Below the pieces are notes generated by a model. That model made no database searches. It saw only the letters and a list, made by a program, of their open reading frames with translations, and was not told where the DNA came from. From positions 160,955 through 224,954 of IMG/VR virus record IMGVR_UViG_3300006931_000029: a stretch of DNA of 64,000 nucleotides; one strand, written 5' to 3'. Made by a program: the position numbers and the translations under genes. Below, in pieces: positions 58,685 through 64,000 of this stretch; position 1 is the first letter of the stretch, and each line of letters begins with the position of its first letter.

Positions 58685-59404
58685 ATGGCTGACTACCCGG
58701 AGCTTCTGGCACCCATTCCAGTTTCATTCCTTACCGACTTCGTCCGAGACTTTCAAAAGAACCGGCTAGATGGGCCGCTGTCTCAAGCAGCCAACGATTT
58801 AGTTCGAGACGTTCTATTTCGAGCTTCACTCGAAGACGCCGTTGAAACTAGGATCGAGCTCAATAACCGGATTCAACAGGAGGAAAGAGCGCCAACTGAC
58901 GAAGAATTGCGGCAAGAAGAGGCAGACAAGCATGCCGATCCAATTCTCGATGTCCTCGATAACGTGGTCGAGGGAATCCTCAAAGGCGAGAGTCTCGAAA
59001 AGCATCACGACCAAATTCGCAAGTACATCCTGAACCAGCAGGATCGGTCTGAGTTAATCGCCAATCTTCTTCTCACAAAGGACTACCGCCGACTCGTCTC
59101 CTTCGTGAAGGTTCGAGATGTCCTCGAACAACGGCTACTAGAGGCAGCGACAAGAGCGGATTTGAACATCTCCGAGATGATGGCGATGATGACGATCGTC
59201 AATGCAGGTGCCGACAAGCTGTCGAACAAGGTGGAAGCCGGAGCGTCCAACATCTCTGACGTAATTGCTCTCATGACGAAGGTTGACTACACGCTGCAGG
59301 AAAACGATTCGAAGATGAAAGAGAAATTGAAGAAGACGTCGCCTTCTGGACGAGAAATTGTTCGTCGCGTCATCCACAAGCTCAAGAAGGTTTCAGAGGA
59401 ATAG
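58685..59404 (+). CDS. Helical hypothetical protein
   Basis: 239-aa ORF with GTTCT 8 nt upstream. Confidence 0.7.
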   Translation: MADYPELLAPIPVSFLTDFVRDFQKNRLDGPLSQAANDLVRDVLFRASLEDAVETRIELNNRIQQEERAPTDEELRQEEADKHADPILDVLDNVVEGILKGESLEKHHDQIRKYILNQQDRSELIANLLLTKDYRRLVSFVKVRDVLEQRLLEAATRADLNISEMMAMMTIVNAGADKLSNKVEAGASNISDVIALMTKVDYTLQENDSKMKEKLKKTSPSGREIVRRVIHKLKKVSEE

Positions 59405-59666
59405 TCTTCCTCAGCGCCGTGAGTGCCGACGTAGGAGACATGAACAGGGTGCCGCCACGCTTACCTGGACGTCTCCATCTCCACTGGTAAATGGAATCGG
59501 CAGGATGCACCGGTTCGGGTGTCCATCCGGCTTTCTTTAGTTCAGCCGCCGTCTCTAGGTCGCCATCGTAGATGATTTTCGAGGCAGATGCTTGAAGCTG
59601 TTCGAAATAAGACTCCCGCTGGAGCGGCGTCATCTTCGCAATTTCCTTCCACGGTTTGTCCGGCAT
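59382..59666 (-). CDS. Hypothetical protein
   Basis: Start MPDKPW behind TTTACG-N16-TAAGCT-N5-ATG. Confidence 0.55.
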   Translation of the reverse strand: MPDKPWKEIAKMTPLQRESYFEQLQASASKIIYDGDLETAAELKKAGWTPEPVHPADSIYQWRWRRPGKRGGTLFMSPTSALTALRKTIPLKPS

Positions 59667-59727
59667 TCTCCAGCTTACCCCGCCTTGGAAAAACGTAAAC
59701 AAAAAATTTCCTCGGTAGATAGGCAAC

Positions 59728-60243
59728 ATGTCATTCCTGACAGAAGATCAGCTGGACAACCAGATCGACCTCCCAGTTTCCGCTCCCACGATTTTGATCG
59801 AACAGCAGAAATGGATCATCGTGTCTTCTATCAAGGTCGTTGACCCGATGCAGCTGAACCTACGCTGGCTTCAGATTCAGCTGGTTGAGGTTGTGAATCC
59901 GTTTACAGACGGAACCGTCACGGTCACTCCAAATGCCCAAGGGCTTTGCGTGTTTCCGCCGTCGGACATCATTCTGGACAACGCTGACTATGGCCTGGCG
60001 TATCTTGGTCTCTACCGAGGATTCTCACCTGCCGTCACTCCCCTTTCTCAGTCTTTGCAGGAACCGCCTCTGATCGTGGGTGGAGTAAATGCCACCGCAG
60101 CCGCCATCGCTGCCAGGAACGTCACGCCTACCGTTTATGCCACGGCCGGCGTCTACAGCTTTGTGCTGGTCAACAACACTCAGAACCGTCGGTTGAAGGT
60201 CACGGTCACAGGTCAAGCTCGCATGGTTCTCAACCCGGCATGA
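59728..60243 (+). CDS. Putative virion structural protein
   Basis: Beta-rich 171-aa protein, GTAGATAG upstream, directly before the large adhesin-like gene. Confidence 0.6.
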   Translation: MSFLTEDQLDNQIDLPVSAPTILIEQQKWIIVSSIKVVDPMQLNLRWLQIQLVEVVNPFTDGTVTVTPNAQGLCVFPPSDIILDNADYGLAYLGLYRGFSPAVTPLSQSLQEPPLIVGGVNATAAAIAARNVTPTVYATAGVYSFVLVNNTQNRRLKVTVTGQARMVLNPA

Positions 60244-60253
60244 CCACGGCTAA

Positions 60254-63200
60254 ATGGCGAATGAAATCTTCCCGAATTCGTCGCGTAGCCCTGCCGGTGT
60301 CATTGGGCTAGGTCAGCCGGTAACGCTGACGTGGGCGGCAACCGCTACTCTCGGAATCGCGTATCGAGAGGGTGCAATTACCAAGCCGAACGGGCAGGTG
60401 GTCAACCTCGCCCGCGTTTGGTATCCTGACGGTCCGCTCGGTCCTCAGTCGTTTACCGACACCGTCCTTGCTGGACTTTACAGCTGGCGGTCTCGTTACG
60501 CTGACATGTCGGTGCTGCAGGGCGCCGCCAACGGACTCACCGGCCAATACTACAACGGCACGGACTTGAATCCGGCTGAGTTGGTGTTCACGCGCACCGA
60601 CCCGAACATCAACTACAGTTTCCCGTCGAATTCGCCACCGGCACCTGGAATTGTCAGCGACCACTATTCGATGCGGTGGACAGGAACTATCATTCCGAGG
60701 TTCACGGGCAACTACACTTTCTCCACTCTGTCAGATGACGGCGTCCGTCTCTACGTCAACAACGCCAATTTGATCAACAATTGGACGGATCACGGCGCCA
60801 CTACCGACGTCGGTCCACCGATCTTCCTGCAGGCGAACGTCGCTGTTCCGATCGTCGTCGAGTTTTTCAACAACTTCGGCCCGGGTCTTCTTACCCTCTA
60901 CTGGCAGAGCGCAGCACAAAACTACGAGGTTGTTCCTCAAAGCCAACTACGCAACACCGGAAGCACGCCGCCAACGTACGGCACGGGCTACATCGATCAG
61001 GTTCTCACGTTTCAAGTTGGAGGTCTCACCCAAGCGAGCGTCGCGATTGCTCCAACCACGCCGACGGTACAGATTGGCGCTACCGTCAACTTCACGGCTA
61101 GCGGCGGAACAGGAACAGGACTCTTCAACTGGGGTGGCGAAGCGTCTGGAGTTGGCACGACAAAATCGGTTCAGTTCAACTCTGTTGGCACGTTTCAAGT
61201 TACGGTCTATCGGGCAGGCGACAACACGTACAATCAGTCGAACACGGCCACGTCGACCATCACTGTGGTGAAGGCGAATCAGGCGACACTAGTTGCCTCC
61301 CCAGCAAACACGACTGTTGCTGTCGGAACTATCGTAACGCTGACAGCGAATGGTGGAACAGGAACAGGCCAGTACCAGTGGGGAGGAGCAGTAAGTCTCA
61401 CGACATCGCTGAACTCCATTCAATTCCAAGTTCCGGCAGCTGGTTTGTCTCAAATCACGTGCGTGAAGTTGGGCGATGCCACGCTCAATAATTCGAACCA
61501 AATCACGTTCAACGTCACAGGTGTCAAGTCGTCTCAAGCGGCAGTTACTGTGTCGCCAACGCCAATCAACGTTGAGCCGGGAACAACAGTTATGTTCACG
61601 GCCGCCGGCGGTTCAGGAACAGGCCAGTACCAGTGGGGTGGAGACGCGAGTGGAACGGGTAGCACAAAGCAGGTCACCTTCAATACGGCAGGAAGCAGAA
61701 CCGTCACCGTAGTTCGGCTAGCTGACGCGGCGTACAACCAGTCGAACACGGCGACCGCAGCTGTCACCGTTCAAGTCCACGTTATCACGCCAAACTCCAG
61801 CAGAACCCCTGCTACGAGACCGGTTGGATCGCCGTTCACGTTGACATGGGCAGCGACAGCTACGCTAGGAATTGCGTATCGAGAAGGTTCAATCCTTCAA
61901 GCGGACAGCAGCGTTGTCTCTCTTGCTCGGGTCAATTCGTTTGAGCCTGGAATGCTTGGTCCGCAGTCTTTCCTGCCAACAGGAGGAAAGGGCGTCTACA
62001 CGTGGACTTCCAAGTACGCAGACCAATCCATCAACACCGGTCCGCCATTCACGGGTGGCACCGGGTTTGTGGAGCAACAGCTCACCTTCACCGTCACAGG
62101 ACTAAGCCAGTCGACGGTGGTTATTTCCCCGTCGACTGTCGGAGCCACGCTCGGTGATGAAATCACGTTCACAGCATCAGGAGGATCAGGAACCGGAGAC
62201 TACCAGTGGGGCAGCGATGCAAGTGGAACCGGTAGTTCAAAAGCTGTTACGTTCAACACTCCAGGTGTTAGAACGGTCACGGTCAAGAAACTTGGAGATT
62301 CAACCTATGCAGATTCGAATCTAGCCATCGCGACTATTACTGTCACGAAGCTTGTTCAAGCTGTTGTCACGATCTCTCCTAGTTCGATTGACGTCGAACC
62401 AGGTACCCTCGTCACTTTCACAGCTTCAGGCGGGTCTGGCACTGGAGACTACCAGTGGAGTGGAGACGCTAGCGGAACAGGAACGACGAAGGACGTCACG
62501 TTCAACGTCGGAGGCTCTCGCGTTGTCAACGTTAAACGACTCGGAGATTCGACGTATCAAGATTCCAATTTTGCCCAAGCGTCGATCGACGTTGCAGTTC
62601 ACATCATCACGCCGAATTCGTCGAGGACGCCGTCTCCAGCTTCATTTGGTCAACCGGTTACGCTGAAGTGGAATGCCACAGCAACGCTAGACATTTACTT
62701 TAGAGAAGGAAGCATCGTCAAGCCGGATGGAAACACCGTTGCCCTCAATCGGGTTTATTACAACGAGGCGGGAATGCTCGGCTTTCAATCGTTCACAGAT
62801 ACGGCCCAACGCGGCACGTATACCTGGACATCTCGTTACGCCGACTTCTCGATCATCAATCCTCCGCTGACGTATGGTGTCGGGTTTAAGGACCAAATCC
62901 TCACGTTTTTCGTCAACGGTATCAATCAAGCCGCTCTCTCGCTTACGCCAGGGACGATCAACACTTTCGTCGGGAATACGGCTGTCTTCACCGCGTCGGG
63001 AGGATCGGGAACAGGACTCTATCACTGGAGACTTTTCTATCATCAGACGAGTTCCACGGTGACAATTGACACGACCGACCCTGAGCTCATTCTCACGAAC
63101 GTGGCGTTAGGGACCGTCGACGTATGGGTCACTAAGGTCACCGATCTCACGTACAATTCTTCGAATGAGGCTGGACCTTCGCACCTCGTTGTTGTGAAGG

Positions 63201-64000
63201 CAACTCAGACGACTGTCACTATCGCTCCGACTGCCGTCACCGTGGAGATTGGAAGCTCGGTCACGTTCAACGCCGTTGGCGGCAGCGGAACGGGGCAATA
63301 TCTTTGGGGAGGAAAAGCGTCCGGCAATGGGTCGTCAAAGGTTGTTCACTTCGCACAACTAGGCACGTTTCAGGTTACAGTGTTGAAGTTGGGAGACACG
63401 CTGTTCAACAACTCGAATACGGCCACAGCGACCGTTATCGTGACGGCAATCCTGCCTCCGACAGTCACGATCTTTGCTTTCCCTGCTGAAGGCTCTGCTC
63501 CATTTTCCACGACAATCACGTGGTCGTCTGAGAATGCCGTCGGAGTAACAGTGAGTGGTCCTGGTCTTTCGTCGACAGCACAAAATGGAAGCGAACTAGT
63601 TTCAGGTCTAGGCACTGGCGTCAAAATCTACACGATTCACGCAACAAACGCGGGTGGGACGACTTCTGCTAGCGTTCAAGTCACAATCGATCTTACCCCT
63701 GTTGAGACTACAGGATTCACGGTTCATTTCACCGATCAAACGGTGCTTCGGGCGGACACATGGCTTTGGGATTTTGGTGACGGTTCGTCAACGTCAACGG
63801 TTCGAAATCCCATTCACACCTACAACGATCTAGGTGTCTTTCTAGTCACGTTGACCGTCACGTGCGATGGTCAAACTGACGTTAAGCAAAAACTGATTTC
63901 GATTGGTTGCAATCCTAGCGATCCTTTCCCATTTACTCCGGACTGGAACACGCTCGTCAACGAGGAAGACTACGATCCTTTCAACGACCCCCGTTACGTC
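60254..64000 (+). CDS. Large Ig-repeat / PA14 / PKD virion surface protein, partial
   Basis: Omitted from the ORF track (no stop in the window). MANEIFPNSSRSP...; PA14 (NGLTGQYYNG...SMRWTG...SDDGVRLYVN); 7 FTASGGxGTG-type repeats; PKD (WLWDFGDG...NPIHTY). In frame at both ends. Confidence 0.85.
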   Translation, partial: MANEIFPNSSRSPAGVIGLGQPVTLTWAATATLGIAYREGAITKPNGQVVNLARVWYPDGPLGPQSFTDTVLAGLYSWRSRYADMSVLQGAANGLTGQYYNGTDLNPAELVFTRTDPNINYSFPSNSPPAPGIVSDHYSMRWTGTIIPRFTGNYTFSTLSDDGVRLYVNNANLINNWTDHGATTDVGPPIFLQANVAVPIVVEFFNNFGPGLLTLYWQSAAQNYEVVPQSQLRNTGSTPPTYGTGYIDQVLTFQVGGLTQASVAIAPTTPTVQIGATVNFTASGGTGTGLFNWGGEASGVGTTKSVQFNSVGTFQVTVYRAGDNTYNQSNTATSTITVVKANQATLVASPANTTVAVGTIVTLTANGGTGTGQYQWGGAVSLTTSLNSIQFQVPAAGLSQITCVKLGDATLNNSNQITFNVTGVKSSQAAVTVSPTPINVEPGTTVMFTAAGGSGTGQYQWGGDASGTGSTKQVTFNTAGSRTVTVVRLADAAYNQSNTATAAVTVQVHVITPNSSRTPATRPVGSPFTLTWAATATLGIAYREGSILQADSSVVSLARVNSFEPGMLGPQSFLPTGGKGVYTWTSKYADQSINTGPPFTGGTGFVEQQLTFTVTGLSQSTVVISPSTVGATLGDEITFTASGGSGTGDYQWGSDASGTGSSKAVTFNTPGVRTVTVKKLGDSTYADSNLAIATITVTKLVQAVVTISPSSIDVEPGTLVTFTASGGSGTGDYQWSGDASGTGTTKDVTFNVGGSRVVNVKRLGDSTYQDSNFAQASIDVAVHIITPNSSRTPSPASFGQPVTLKWNATATLDIYFREGSIVKPDGNTVALNRVYYNEAGMLGFQSFTDTAQRGTYTWTSRYADFSIINPPLTYGVGFKDQILTFFVNGINQAALSLTPGTINTFVGNTAVFTASGGSGTGLYHWRLFYHQTSSTVTIDTTDPELILTNVALGTVDVWVTKVTDLTYNSSNEAGPSHLVVVKATQTTVTIAPTAVTVEIGSSVTFNAVGGSGTGQYLWGGKASGNGSSKVVHFAQLGTFQVTVLKLGDTLFNNSNTATATVIVTAILPPTVTIFAFPAEGSAPFSTTITWSSENAVGVTVSGPGLSSTAQNGSELVSGLGTGVKIYTIHATNAGGTTSASVQVTIDLTPVETTGFTVHFTDQTVLRADTWLWDFGDGSSTSTVRNPIHTYNDLGVFLVTLTVTCDGQTDVKQKLISIGCNPSDPFPFTPDWNTLVNEEDYDPFNDPRYV

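Noticed and set aside
6221-59699. CRISPR array formed by the TGTAAACAAAAAAG repeats
   Set aside because: The copies are kilobases apart and sit upstream of genes with promoter geometry. There are no regular spacers or cas genes.
60308-63624. Many short ORFs listed in the track in this interval
   Set aside because: They are alternate-frame artefacts inside the single long ORF starting at 60254.
1-64000. Stop-codon reassignment
   Set aside because: Recognisable genes are full-length in code 11, and TAA, TAG and TGA all end genes at sensible positions.
1-64000. tRNA, tmRNA or rRNA genes
   Set aside because: No cloverleaf with a T-loop and acceptor stem was seen in the intergenic gaps. TTCGAA-like hits lie inside CDSs. 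By-eye only, so tRNAscan-SE or ARAGORN would be decisive.

Overview
This window looks like a 64-kb segment of a large (jumbo-type) tailed phage genome read in the standard genetic code. The host is probably a Verrucomicrobiota (Opitutae-like) bacterium, inferred from host-type ACP, FliA-family sigma factor and Ig-domain proteins. Positions 1-58,600 are a dense, mostly minus-strand accessory region of short genes. It holds a collagen-like fibre cluster (6.3-10.6 kb), glycosyl- and methyltransferases, Tad1, NADAR, ACP, RNase H, a sigma factor, DksA/TraR, HU, HD hydrolases, and a Toprim / J-pseudokinase / vWA / PurA-like operon. From 58,685 transcription switches to the plus strand for structural-type genes. 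These include an Ig/PA14/PKD repeat protein of more than 1,240 aa that the ORF track omits because it runs off the window end. The main observations are: (1) a PurA-like ligase operon in which the PurA-like, kinase and J-domain motifs are altered; (2) a candidate -1 programmed frameshift at 12,779-12,785; (3) two candidate structured RNAs, one leading the Tad1 operon; (4) three recurrent upstream motifs (TTTACA-N16/17-hexamer, GTTCT, GTAGRTAG) placed so that most mRNAs would be leaderless. No tRNA, rRNA, CRISPR array, integrase or reverse transcriptase was seen. All family calls are by-eye motif recognition, not database searches. Many small hypothetical ORFs are not listed individually.
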